Shown one piece after another: positions 12,305-21,468 of a DNA stretch of 32,990 nucleotides. The stretch is taken from positions 1 through 32,990 of the forward strand of contig JBLIOK010000002.1 of the NCBI GenBank assembly GCA_047639735.1, written 5' to 3'. Within the stretch, counting starts at the first letter, position 1. Each line of letters opens with the position of its first letter. Source of the stretch: Candidatus Krumholzibacteriia bacterium (GTDB lineage Bacteria; Krumholzibacteriota; Krumholzibacteriia; LZORAL124-64-63). Below the pieces are notes generated by a model that did no database searches, was not told where the DNA came from, and saw only the letters and a program-made list of their open reading frames with translations. The position numbers were made by a program, and so were the translations under genes.

Positions 12305-14809
12305 ATGAGCAAGACGCTACCCTCTCCAAAAAAATCAGCTTCGGTCCGGCAACCTGTTTTGCTGGGCCTTTTTGTGGGCACCGCAGTCGGGGCCGGCTAC
12401 CTCTTGGCTGGAGTTCCAAATGTGGAACTGATGACGCTAATTATCGCGATCTGCGGCGGTGTTATGGGAATGTGGCGGGGGTTCGTCGCAGGAGCGGTTG
12501 CCGCCTCCATCTTTTCTTTAGGATCACCCTACGGGTTGCCCGTTCCGCAGATGCTCGTGGCGCAGGCTATCGGTCTGGGTTGCGCAGGGGTCGGCGGGGC
12601 CTTGGCTGAGCGAATGATTCGGCGGGCTCAGCGGAACCAAGCAAAACTGATGGTGTTGGCCATAGCGATCACCACCGGTATACTGGTCACTTTTATTTAT
12701 GATTTGCTCACCAATTTGGCGATCATCTGGGCCTTTGATACTCAACCCCTTCTTATACTCACGGGCGCGATTCCGTTTGCGCTGCTGCACATGGGGAGCA
12801 ACGCCGTTATTTTTGCCACCCTATTTTCTCAACTCCTGCCGCGTCTGCGCGGATTACGCCGCGCGCCAATGGTCGACCGAACAGGCGCCATTCTCGTTGC
12901 TGCCTTTATGGGCACATTATGCCTGACCGATTCCAGCTTCGCCCAAACTGAAGGTGCGGTCGCGTTGCCAGATAGTAGTGGCGTCGCCAATACCGAAGAA
13001 TTAAGCGGTCCAGAAGCCGCGTTCGGCTGGAAGCGCCAGCTCTGGCGCCCTTTTGCGAGTACGGGGATAGAATGGCTGACCAGGAATTCCAATTTGCTCC
13101 CCATCATTGACGGCGGTTTAGGAGCACCAGTGATCATCCTGGGCGAAGCCAGCACTTCATTACAGCCATTGGTTTTGCGCGATCGGATTCTCAACGGAAC
13201 CGGCCATATCATGGCGGACAATCCGTGGCTTACGCCCACTGCGGGCTTGGAGTTGGAGAAATTGAATCACGGGTCTGACGGTTGGGGTGGGACCGGTGGA
13301 GTCGCGGCGCTAAAAACATACGATCCGGAACCAGACAAGGCTGTTTCAGCTTATCAGGGAGTGCGCGGTGACCATGAGTCCTACCAGCGGTCCATTCGCT
13401 TACTAACACCCAAAGCAGCATGGCGAGCAGCCTTTGAGTTCGAAGAAAATTTGGATATTGAAGGATACAATTACACAGAGCTCGATGGTCAAGATTTTTT
13501 GAACTCCAGCCAGAATCCGTTTCCCGGTCATAGCCGCATCCGGCAAAGCCGCACCCGTTTGTTTCGCGAACTCGATACCACAAATTCATTCTCTTTGGAA
13601 TACAGCAACGCGCGATTGACGAAAGATGCTTTGCCGGCCTACGGGGCCGAGCACATGGAACTGTGGGACGACGCACTGGGCGTCAATACACGGTCCTCAC
13701 ATGGTGCCTGGTTGATAGACGCTTCTCTCTTTTGGCGTAATCGGGATGTGGTCTGGGGAGACCGTGCTGACGACGCAGTGGTGGGCGAAAATGCTCGCAA
13801 ACTAGAAACATCGCGAGAAGGACTAAACTTCGAGTTTTACCGCAACGAAGGTCAGCAACCTCATACAGGCGTTGAGATACAGGCTGCTAGGTGGTATGTC
13901 GGTGATACCCTTACGGACGAGGCCTGGCTGACTGACTTTGTTGGTATAGGCAATGGAGAAGGCGAAGTCGTGCGGGCTGCTGCCAAGACCGGAAGTGCTG
14001 GGAATAGTCTGCGTTGGGAGAGCTTGATCGGCGGCAATTGGCATAGCGAAGCTGGTTCTGGGGTTGAAGCGGCGTTGCGTGCGGGTGCGTCTGGTGAGGA
14101 TCCTTTTTGGTCGATGTCAGCTGAGTATGGCGGACGGGCGCCGCGAAGTGATGAATTGTTGACACCGTTGCAGCGAGTGGTGGGGACCCGCGTCCTGACG
14201 CTGGCGCCGAATGCCAACTTGGAACGCGAAAGAACTCTGCGTTTGGCGCTTGGGTTGCAATCGAAAGTATTGGGCTTCGGACTTGCATTGGACGGCAGTG
14301 CTACTCGCTTGGAAAACGGCATCACTTGGCACCAAGACGCCAGCACGCCTGACTTAGGCCAATGGCAAAACGATTTGAAAATGGATAGCCAGCGAATCAC
14401 AGGCAGTGTTGCCCGCGATGGCCGGTTCTTGGGGTGGGCGCGCTTGAAGCTGGAGGGCACGTGGCAGCAGAGCACCGAAAAAGCGGGTCGAGCAGCATTC
14501 CTGCCACCGGAAAAATACCTGCGGGCTCACGTGATGTGGGAAAATCACTTCTTCAAGGAAGATGGGATTCTCCAGCTGGCTTTGTTCAGCACTCTGCAGG
14601 GCGAGATGGCCGACCCGTGGGACGTGACGCGGACGGCGCAACTTCCGTCGCGCACGGTTCACGATCTGTTGGTGGGCTTTCGCCTAGTCGGGGCCCACGT
14701 CAGCCTAGGAATTCGCAACCTTTCGGGGGAACGCACGCGGTTGACGACCGGCGCCCTGAGCACGGGGCAGGAAATCGACCTGCGTTTGCACTGGGCCTGG
14801 GTCTACTAG
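12305..14809 (+). CDS. In-frame fusion of a polytopic (about 5-6 TM, Gly-rich) membrane domain to a TonB-dependent-receptor-like plug and beta-barrel
   Basis: One uninterrupted frame (the tracked ORF starts at TTG 12242; the first ATG is 12305). N-terminal half consists of hydrophobic helices (LLGLFVGTAVGAGYLLAGV, LMTLIIAICGGVMGMW, LMVLAIAITTGILVTFIY, LILTGAIPFALLHMGSNAVIFATLF). An internal Sec-type signal MVDRTGAILVAAFMGTLCLTDSSFA|QTEG starts at ATG 12869. A plug-like segment (LPIIDGGLGAPVIILGEAS...LVLRDRILNG) follows, then a long barrel ending GIRNLSGERTRL...LRLHWAWVY with a terminal aromatic residue. Confidence 0.65.
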   Translation: MSKTLPSPKKSASVRQPVLLGLFVGTAVGAGYLLAGVPNVELMTLIIAICGGVMGMWRGFVAGAVAASIFSLGSPYGLPVPQMLVAQAIGLGCAGVGGALAERMIRRAQRNQAKLMVLAIAITTGILVTFIYDLLTNLAIIWAFDTQPLLILTGAIPFALLHMGSNAVIFATLFSQLLPRLRGLRRAPMVDRTGAILVAAFMGTLCLTDSSFAQTEGAVALPDSSGVANTEELSGPEAAFGWKRQLWRPFASTGIEWLTRNSNLLPIIDGGLGAPVIILGEASTSLQPLVLRDRILNGTGHIMADNPWLTPTAGLELEKLNHGSDGWGGTGGVAALKTYDPEPDKAVSAYQGVRGDHESYQRSIRLLTPKAAWRAAFEFEENLDIEGYNYTELDGQDFLNSSQNPFPGHSRIRQSRTRLFRELDTTNSFSLEYSNARLTKDALPAYGAEHMELWDDALGVNTRSSHGAWLIDASLFWRNRDVVWGDRADDAVVGENARKLETSREGLNFEFYRNEGQQPHTGVEIQAARWYVGDTLTDEAWLTDFVGIGNGEGEVVRAAAKTGSAGNSLRWESLIGGNWHSEAGSGVEAALRAGASGEDPFWSMSAEYGGRAPRSDELLTPLQRVVGTRVLTLAPNANLERERTLRLALGLQSKVLGFGLALDGSATRLENGITWHQDASTPDLGQWQNDLKMDSQRITGSVARDGRFLGWARLKLEGTWQQSTEKAGRAAFLPPEKYLRAHVMWENHFFKEDGILQLALFSTLQGEMADPWDVTRTAQLPSRTVHDLLVGFRLVGAHVSLGIRNLSGERTRLTTGALSTGQEIDLRLHWAWVY

Positions 14810-14829
14810 TCAATCGCCGCGTCGTCGGC

Positions 14830-15216
14830 ATGCTTTTGGTGGTTATGGTCATTTTTGCCGGTCGTTGGGTGCGGCAAGAAATGCTGGTTGATCCCCAAGG
14901 CGAATGGCAGGAATATCTATGGCTCGACAGCCTAGTGGCTGGTCCGGATGCGGCTCAAGCCCAAGAAAGACCGCCCAAACCCGTACTCACGACTCCCTTG
15001 CCCATCAATACTTGCCAATCAGATAGTCTGACGCTGCTACCGGGCGTCGGCCCCGTGTTGGCGGCACGAATTGCCGCGGCTCGAGACTCTGGCCTTGTCT
15101 TTTGCACGATGGAAGACCTGCGACTGGTCAAGGGAATTGGCCAAGTGCTATCTGCCCGCCTCGATAGTTTGGTGATTTACGCTAACTCTGCTAGTGATGA
15201 CACTCTCGCCAATTAG
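14830..15216 (+). CDS. comEA: ComEA-like helix-hairpin-helix DNA-binding (competence) protein, membrane-anchored
   Basis: First start codon after the upstream stop (TAG 14807-14809). N-terminal anchor MLLVVMVIFAG. C-terminal ComEA-type HhH pattern INTCQSDSLTLLPGVGPVLAARIAAARDSGLVFCTMEDLRLVKGIGQVLSARL. The tracked ORF from 14434 overlaps the barrel gene and is treated as untranslated. Confidence 0.75.
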   Translation: MLLVVMVIFAGRWVRQEMLVDPQGEWQEYLWLDSLVAGPDAAQAQERPPKPVLTTPLPINTCQSDSLTLLPGVGPVLAARIAAARDSGLVFCTMEDLRLVKGIGQVLSARLDSLVIYANSASDDTLAN

Positions 15217-15392
15217 CTCCTGCTGCCCCGCCCAAATTTAACTTTAAAGTCCCATGCGAGATGACCGATTAAAACTATGAAATGCTGGATAGGACTATGG
15301 TCAGCCACAACTCTTGATCGCCTACAGAAGAGTTTGACGCAGGCCCGGAAGACAATCCTTAGTGAGCAAACACTGAGCGGGGAAAGCGCAAC

Positions 15393-17087
15393 ATGAATAC
15401 TGGGACGACAGCATCAAAAGAAAAAATAGCGTCCAAGCTGTTGGAAGCCGGCCTCATTGACGAGGCGACTTTGGCCAAGGCCAAAGAGACGCAGAAGAAG
15501 GATGGCGGCAGCCTAGGACAAGCACTGATAAAGTGCGGCGCCATAACTGAAGTCAAATATACCGAATTTATGGCCAGTGTTTACAACTTGCCAATGATAG
15601 ATCTGTCCACCACCGAAGTGGATATGGCCTGTATTGATCTGATTCCTGCCGATGTGGTCAACAAGTTCCAGGTCCTGCCCGTTATGCGTGCCGGCCGTGT
15701 GTTGACCTTGGCGATGGCCAACCCGAGCAACATTTTCGCTATCGATGACATCAAGTTCATCACCGGCCTGGACGTGCAACCAGCCGTCGCCGGCGAGATG
15801 GAAATCAAAAAGTATATCGACAAGTTCTACGCAACGACTGACTCCCTCGCTGCCATCATGGAGGGCATTGAGGACGACATTGAGTTGGTCGAAGACGATC
15901 TCGATGACGATATCGCCAACCAGGATGGCCAGAATGCTCCGGTTGTTAAACTCGTCAATACTCTGTTGGCCGAAGCGGTGAAAGTGGGTGCCAGTGATAT
16001 TCACATCGAGCCGTACGAACGCAATATGCGTGTTCGTTACCGCATCGACGGAGTATTGAGCGAGGTCATGGAACCCCCGATCAAGCTCAAGAACGCGATC
16101 ATCAGTCGTGTGAAAATTATGGCAGAGTTGGATATTGCCGAGCGCCGGATTCCCCAAGATGGTCGCATCAAATTGAAGATTGGAGCCAAGAAGGTTGATC
16201 TTCGTGTTTCGAGCTTGCCGTGTATTTTCGGCGAAAAAGTCGTGATGCGTATTTTGGACAAGAGCAATTTGAATTTGGACCTGGCCGACTTCGGTATGGA
16301 AGTCAAAGGCATGGAAGATATCTACGACGCTATTGCCGCACCGTTTGGCATGGTGCTCGTGACTGGGCCGACTGGTTCCGGCAAAACGACCACTCTATAT
16401 TCTTGTCTGTCCAAACTGAACGACGCCGGCCGCAACATCATGACGGCCGAAGATCCCGTTGAGTACAACATTGATGGCATCAATCAAGTGCAGGTACGCG
16501 ACAGTGTCGGCCTGACTTTTGCTACTGCGCTAAAAGCGTTTCTGCGCCAGGATCCGAATATTGTCATGGTTGGCGAGATTCGTGATCTTGAAACAGGCGG
16601 TATCGCAACCAAGGCAGCGCTGACAGGCCATTTGGTTCTGTCGACTTTGCATACGAACGACGCGCCATCAACGATCAACCGTATGATCGACATGGGCATT
16701 GAACCCTTTTTGGTCGCATCGAGCACGGTTTTGATCATGGCACAACGTTTGGTGCGCCGGATTTGCACCCAATGCAAAGAAGCGGTGCCGATTGCCGACG
16801 ATGCCCTGATTGATTTGGGGCTCAAGCCTGGCACGGCCGTCTACCACGGCAAGGGCTGCGACAAGTGCAACGGTTCCGGCTATTCCGGGCGCCAAGGCTT
16901 GTACGAAGTGATGCCCATCACGCCAGAGTTGCGCGAGCTGATTCTGGACCGGGCCTCGACTACTGAAATTCGCCATATGGCAGTTAAGCAAGGCATGCTG
17001 ACGCTGCGAAATGATGGCTTGATCAAGGTGGCCAAAGGGGTCACCACGTTGGAAGAAGTATTGCGCGAGACAGCGGTGGCTGATTAG
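15393..17087 (+). CDS. pilB: Type IV pilus extension ATPase PilB (GspE family)
   Basis: 564 aa. N-terminal GSPII_E_N/MshEN-like helices, Walker A GPTGSGKTTT, Asp/His boxes, tetra-Cys CTQC...CDKC Zn motif typical of PilB/GspE. Confidence 0.95.
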   Translation: MNTGTTASKEKIASKLLEAGLIDEATLAKAKETQKKDGGSLGQALIKCGAITEVKYTEFMASVYNLPMIDLSTTEVDMACIDLIPADVVNKFQVLPVMRAGRVLTLAMANPSNIFAIDDIKFITGLDVQPAVAGEMEIKKYIDKFYATTDSLAAIMEGIEDDIELVEDDLDDDIANQDGQNAPVVKLVNTLLAEAVKVGASDIHIEPYERNMRVRYRIDGVLSEVMEPPIKLKNAIISRVKIMAELDIAERRIPQDGRIKLKIGAKKVDLRVSSLPCIFGEKVVMRILDKSNLNLDLADFGMEVKGMEDIYDAIAAPFGMVLVTGPTGSGKTTTLYSCLSKLNDAGRNIMTAEDPVEYNIDGINQVQVRDSVGLTFATALKAFLRQDPNIVMVGEIRDLETGGIATKAALTGHLVLSTLHTNDAPSTINRMIDMGIEPFLVASSTVLIMAQRLVRRICTQCKEAVPIADDALIDLGLKPGTAVYHGKGCDKCNGSGYSGRQGLYEVMPITPELRELILDRASTTEIRHMAVKQGMLTLRNDGLIKVAKGVTTLEEVLRETAVAD

Positions 17088-17174
17088 CCGGGCTCAGGGG
17101 AAGCGCTAGCGATCGAGTGATACGCTGGCAGAGAGTTTTGTCACATCAATTTGGGAGATGAGATTGTGGTAGGA

Positions 17175-18236
17175 ATGCGAGAATTACTTGAAGACATGGT
17201 GAGCAAAGGTGCGAGTGATTTGCACGTCACCGCAGGTCTTCCACCGCAGTTGCGTATTGATGGCCATATTATCACGACCACATTGCCGGTTCTGTCTGGC
17301 GAAGAAACACGCAGCTTGGCCTACAGCATTCTTAGTGAAGAGCAGAAGAAGCGCTTCGAAACCGAACGCGAACTCGACTTCAGTTTTGGCGTGCAAGGAG
17401 TCAGTCGCTTCCGTGCGAATGTGTTTCAACAACGCGGCGTCACAGCGATGGCCATTCGTCAAATCCCCTACGAAATACATTCTTTTGCCGATCTTGGCTT
17501 GCCGCCGGTGTGCCAAGACCTCATCAGCAAAATGCGCGGGTTGATTTTGGTGACAGGACCTACTGGCAGCGGTAAATCGACCACGTTGGCAACGATGCTC
17601 GACACCATCAATATTCAGCGTAAGGGCCACATAATCACGATCGAAGACCCAATCGAATTTGTGCATCAACACAAGAACTGCATTGTCAATCAACGCGAAG
17701 TCAATAGTGATACGCACAGTTTTCCTGCCGCACTCAAATATGTTCTGCGCCAAGATCCTGACGTGATCTTGATTGGTGAAATGCGTGATCGCGAGACCAT
17801 TCAAGCGGCTTTGACCGTGGCAGAAACCGGTCATTTGGCTTTGGCCACGCTGCATACCAACAGCGCTTTCGAAACCATCAACCGAATCGTTGATGTGTTT
17901 CCCTCGGGACAACAGAATCAAGTACGTGCGCAATTGTCCTTCAGCTTGGCCGGAGTATTGACTCAGCAGTTGATTCCACGGGCTAGGGGCGGCGGTCGTG
18001 TACTGGCCATGGAAATCATGACCTGTACGCCAGGTATTAAGGCCATGATCCGCGACGACAAAATTCATCAGATTTACGGTTTGATGCAGGCCGGGCAGAA
18101 ATACGGCATGCAGACAATGAACCAATCATTGCAGCAAGCAGTGATGAACAAATGGATAACGCCTGAAGAAGCGTACAGTCGCACTTCGGACATGACCGAA
18201 TTGCAGCAAATGTTGGGCGAACCAGCCTATTCCTAG
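17175..18236 (+). CDS. pilT: Type IV pilus retraction ATPase PilT
   Basis: MRELLEDMVSKGASDLHV N-terminus, Walker A GPTGSGKSTT, PilT-type GMQTM motif near the C-terminus. About 350 aa, with no N-terminal GspE domain. Alternative starts at TTG 17151 and GTG 17166. Confidence 0.93.
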   Translation: MRELLEDMVSKGASDLHVTAGLPPQLRIDGHIITTTLPVLSGEETRSLAYSILSEEQKKRFETERELDFSFGVQGVSRFRANVFQQRGVTAMAIRQIPYEIHSFADLGLPPVCQDLISKMRGLILVTGPTGSGKSTTLATMLDTINIQRKGHIITIEDPIEFVHQHKNCIVNQREVNSDTHSFPAALKYVLRQDPDVILIGEMRDRETIQAALTVAETGHLALATLHTNSAFETINRIVDVFPSGQQNQVRAQLSFSLAGVLTQQLIPRARGGGRVLAMEIMTCTPGIKAMIRDDKIHQIYGLMQAGQKYGMQTMNQSLQQAVMNKWITPEEAYSRTSDMTELQQMLGEPAYS

Positions 18237-18306
18237 GCCATGGTGAGTTTGACTGTATCGAGTTGATTTGAGTGAAAAATTTCATGCTTGAAAGAGGAGC
18301 AATCCA

Positions 18307-19521
18307 GTGAGCGCGACTAAAAAGTTTTTATGGACAGGGAAAACCGCCAAGGGCGATAACCTTTCAGGTGAATTGGAAGCGTCCGACCAGAATGCAGTCG
18401 GAGCGCACCTGCGCAAGCGCCGAATCACCATTGTTTCGATCAAGGAAAAATCCAGTGCAGGAAGCATGGTTCTGTTTCAAAAAAAGAGCATCAGTGTAAA
18501 GGACCTGTCAGTCTTTACCCGTCAGTTTGCGACGATGGTGAACGCTGGTTTGCCCTTGGTGCAATGCTTAGACGTGCTAGGTCGTCAGTTGGAGAAGCCC
18601 TACTTCAAAGAAGTTGTTGAAAAAGTAACTGCAGATGTTGAAGGCGGATCCACCTTGGCCGAAGCCTTGGAGAAACACCCCAAAATCTTTTCGGATCTCT
18701 ACGTGAACATGATCGCCGCCGGTGAGGCGGGCGGTATCCTGGACATTATTCTGGGTCGTTTGGCTATCTTTTTGGAAAAGGCCGATGCTTTGCAACGTAA
18801 AGTAAAAGGCGCCATGACCTATCCGGTAATCGTGCTTACGGTGGCCGGTGGTGCATGTATCTTTATGTTGATGTTTGTGATTCCAGTGTTTGCAAAAATG
18901 TTCTCGGACTTTGGCGGAACGTTGCCGACACCGACTCGCATTGTGATGGGTGTTTCGGACTTCATTCGCGCCTATTGGTGGGCCATTGCTGGCGGCTCTT
19001 TTGCGGCTACTGTGCTTTACAAGCGTTACCGCGCTACCGAAAGCGGCCGTCGTGTGACGGACAGGCTGTCCATGAAGATTCCAATTTTGGGCGACGTTAT
19101 TTTGAAGTCGGCTGTGGCTCGCTTTACGCGAACTCTGGGTACCTTGATCGGCTCTGGTGTGCCTATCCTGCAGGGATTGGAAATCACCTCGCGCACCGCT
19201 GGTAATAAAGTGATTCAAGAGGCTATTGCGGCAACAGCTGTTTCGATTAGCCAAGGTGACACCATTGCCGCTCCGTTGAAAGCAAGCGGAGTGTTTCCCG
19301 CCATGGTGGTGCAGATGATCAGCATCGGTGAAACCACTGGTGCCCTTGATGAGATGTTATCCAAAATTGCTGACTTCTATGACGACGAGGTCGACGCGGC
19401 AGTGGAAGCACTGACGGCAGCCATCGAACCGATCATGATTGTTGTGATGGGTGGTATGGTTGGCTCGATGCTTGTGGCCATGTACCTGCCTATGTTCAAA
19501 ATGTCCAGCGTGGTGGGGTAA
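18307..19521 (+). CDS. pilC: Type IV pilus inner-membrane platform protein PilC (GspF family)
   Basis: 404 aa. Duplicated GspF-type domain (FTRQFATMVNAGLPLVQCL... and FTRTLGTLIGSGVPILQGL...). Three TM segments. GTG 18307 lies 9 nt after AGAGGAG. Confidence 0.93.
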   Translation: MSATKKFLWTGKTAKGDNLSGELEASDQNAVGAHLRKRRITIVSIKEKSSAGSMVLFQKKSISVKDLSVFTRQFATMVNAGLPLVQCLDVLGRQLEKPYFKEVVEKVTADVEGGSTLAEALEKHPKIFSDLYVNMIAAGEAGGILDIILGRLAIFLEKADALQRKVKGAMTYPVIVLTVAGGACIFMLMFVIPVFAKMFSDFGGTLPTPTRIVMGVSDFIRAYWWAIAGGSFAATVLYKRYRATESGRRVTDRLSMKIPILGDVILKSAVARFTRTLGTLIGSGVPILQGLEITSRTAGNKVIQEAIAATAVSISQGDTIAAPLKASGVFPAMVVQMISIGETTGALDEMLSKIADFYDDEVDAAVEALTAAIEPIMIVVMGGMVGSMLVAMYLPMFKMSSVVG

Positions 19522-19603
19522 GAAATTGTCACAAGACCGCGAGGTCAGTCGTTCGCCAGAGGACATCCTTCAAGTGCGGCGACGTTCTCCGAGCCTTGAT
19601 CTG

Positions 19604-21271
19604 ATGAAGTGGCGGCTACTTTTTGTAGCCGCCCTCATCGTTTGTTCGGTGGCAGCCTGGTTTATCGATCCCAGTGTGGTAAGCGTGCCCGGATTGGTGG
19701 GAAGTTTTGGACTTCTGTTCACTTCCGTGGTTGCGACTTGGGCCGCTGTGCAGGCTTCGGCCCCGCATAAACTTCTCCTGACCGCTCAAATATTAGTTGA
19801 TACTCTTTGTATTGGATTGATTGTCCACTTTACCGGCGGACCACTTTCTGTTTTTCCTCTCGTCTACTGTGTTCCGATTATGCTCGCGGCCAACTATTTG
19901 GACGCTCGGTGGTCAGTCGCCGTCGCCGGCTTAGCATCGATCCTCACTGGTGGTGGTCACTTTGGTTTGGCGCTTGGCTGGCTAATGGCCGGAAAAGTGA
20001 ATGATCAGGCCATTCTTTCAGGTTGGCCCGTTTTCGTGACCGCTTTGCACATGAGTCTTTTTATCGTCACCGGTATGATCAGCGGCGAGCTTGCCCGACG
20101 CCTAGCTTACCGTCGGCACGCCCAGTTTCGCGCAAATGTTCAAGTTCGTGAGTCACAGTGTGAAGTGCGGAACATCTTGGACAACATGCGCAGTGGTTTG
20201 ATCACCGTGGACGTCAAGGGCGTTATCACGCGGGTGAACCCATCATGTTGTGGCATCCTGAAGTTACCAGAGTTGGAGTTGACGGGCAAAAATGTTGCCT
20301 TGGTGATGGCTGATGGGATGTCTGAATTGGCGGGGATAATCATGCCGGTTGCGTTGGGCGCCGAGGCGGTTAGTCGTGGCGAAATCAAAGTGCGCCGTTA
20401 TGGGCGAGAGATACCGCTTGGACTGAATGTGAATCACGTGACGGGGCCGAAGGGAAGTGTCATCGGCGCCATAGCTATCTTCACGGACCTTACGCAAGAA
20501 AAAGAACTGAGCGCTCACATGCGCGAGGCCGACCGTTTGGCGGCGATCGGTGAACTTTCGGCGAGCATCGCTCACGAGATACGTAATCCACTGTCGAGTA
20601 TTCGTGGCAGCGTGGAAATGTTGGCCGGCGAATTGGACCTGGATGGATACCAAAAACAATTGTTGGATCTGGTGCTGAAGGAAAGTGGACGCGTCAATAC
20701 GATCATCAATGATTTCCTGGGCTATTCGCGCATGCAACCGGCTTCTTTTACGAATTTTTCCGGTCGCGCTTGGCGCGATGAAATCACTTTGCAAATCCAA
20801 CAACACGTCAACGCGATGGGTGGCCAGGTGCGCGTGCGTTGTGAAGTGAATCCCGCAAGATTGCGAGTAACAGCTGATCAAGGTCAGTTGACCCAAATGG
20901 CGCTCAACCTTGCTATCAACGCCTGCCAAGCCATGAGTTATAAAGGCGAGCTGGAACTCTCGGTCAATTTGATCGACGAAGCCCAAAACATTGAGTTGGT
21001 TGTGGCGGACAATGGCAGTGGCATTGATCCTGATATCAGGAATGATCTTTTTAGTCCCTTTAAAACGACGAAGGAACAGGGCACCGGGTTGGGACTATCA
21101 ACGGTTGCTCGTATTGCCGCAGGTCATGGGGGACGGGTTCGTGCCGAAGACGGTGCCAATGGAGGCGCCACTTTCCGCGTGCGCTGGCCAGTCAATCATG
21201 ATTGCCCACAAGCGGTTCCGTCGGAAAAACCTGCCTCACCAGTATCGGTGCCGGGTCTGGTTTCGCTCTAA
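19604..21271 (+). CDS. pilS: PilS-like sensor histidine kinase (multi-TM, PAS-like, HisKA, HATPase)
   Basis: N-terminal block of about six hydrophobic helices. H-box SASIAHEIRNPLSSI. N box LNLAINACQAM. G boxes DNGSGI and GTGLGLS. Start is uncertain (ATG 19604, GTG 19574 or TTG 19526). The tracked start at 19451 would overlap pilC by 71 nt. Confidence 0.8.
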   Translation: MKWRLLFVAALIVCSVAAWFIDPSVVSVPGLVGSFGLLFTSVVATWAAVQASAPHKLLLTAQILVDTLCIGLIVHFTGGPLSVFPLVYCVPIMLAANYLDARWSVAVAGLASILTGGGHFGLALGWLMAGKVNDQAILSGWPVFVTALHMSLFIVTGMISGELARRLAYRRHAQFRANVQVRESQCEVRNILDNMRSGLITVDVKGVITRVNPSCCGILKLPELELTGKNVALVMADGMSELAGIIMPVALGAEAVSRGEIKVRRYGREIPLGLNVNHVTGPKGSVIGAIAIFTDLTQEKELSAHMREADRLAAIGELSASIAHEIRNPLSSIRGSVEMLAGELDLDGYQKQLLDLVLKESGRVNTIINDFLGYSRMQPASFTNFSGRAWRDEITLQIQQHVNAMGGQVRVRCEVNPARLRVTADQGQLTQMALNLAINACQAMSYKGELELSVNLIDEAQNIELVVADNGSGIDPDIRNDLFSPFKTTKEQGTGLGLSTVARIAAGHGGRVRAEDGANGGATFRVRWPVNHDCPQAVPSEKPASPVSVPGLVSL

Positions 21272-21468
21272 GACCTCGGGCAATTTTTGCCGTATCAAAA
21301 ACGGGCATTTTGCTTTGCGCAGATCTCCTCTGAAGACACCCCTGATCAAAAAACATATGCAAAAGTCACCCTTTATAGCAAAAAGGACTCAAGCATCGTG
21401 CAAATCCGCCGATATCTCTCTTGTGACTGCAAAATGCCTAATAGCTTGTAACATTTTAAGGAGACCTC

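Noticed and set aside
14434-14829. Upstream 132 codons of the tracked 260-aa ORF that contains comEA
   Set aside because: This part overlaps the 3' end of the barrel gene in another frame and encodes Arg/Gly/Pro-rich sequence. ComEA-like features begin only after ATG 14830, the first start past the barrel stop.
19451-19603. Upstream extension of pilS overlapping pilC by 71 nt
   Set aside because: This much overlap is unusual. The hydrophobic sensor domain begins after MKWRLLF (ATG 19604). TTG 19526 and GTG 19574 remain possible starts.
21279-21291. GGCAA-TTT-TTGCC hairpin right after the pilS stop as a terminator
   Set aside because: Only a 5-bp stem and no proper U-tract. It is more interesting as a repeated DNA word (see findings).
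21303-21320. Sigma-54-like sequence GGGCAT-TTTGC-TTTGC in the pilS-pilR spacer
   Set aside because: GG-to-GC spacing is 11 rather than the required 10 nt, and the -24 element is GGGCAT rather than TGGCAC.
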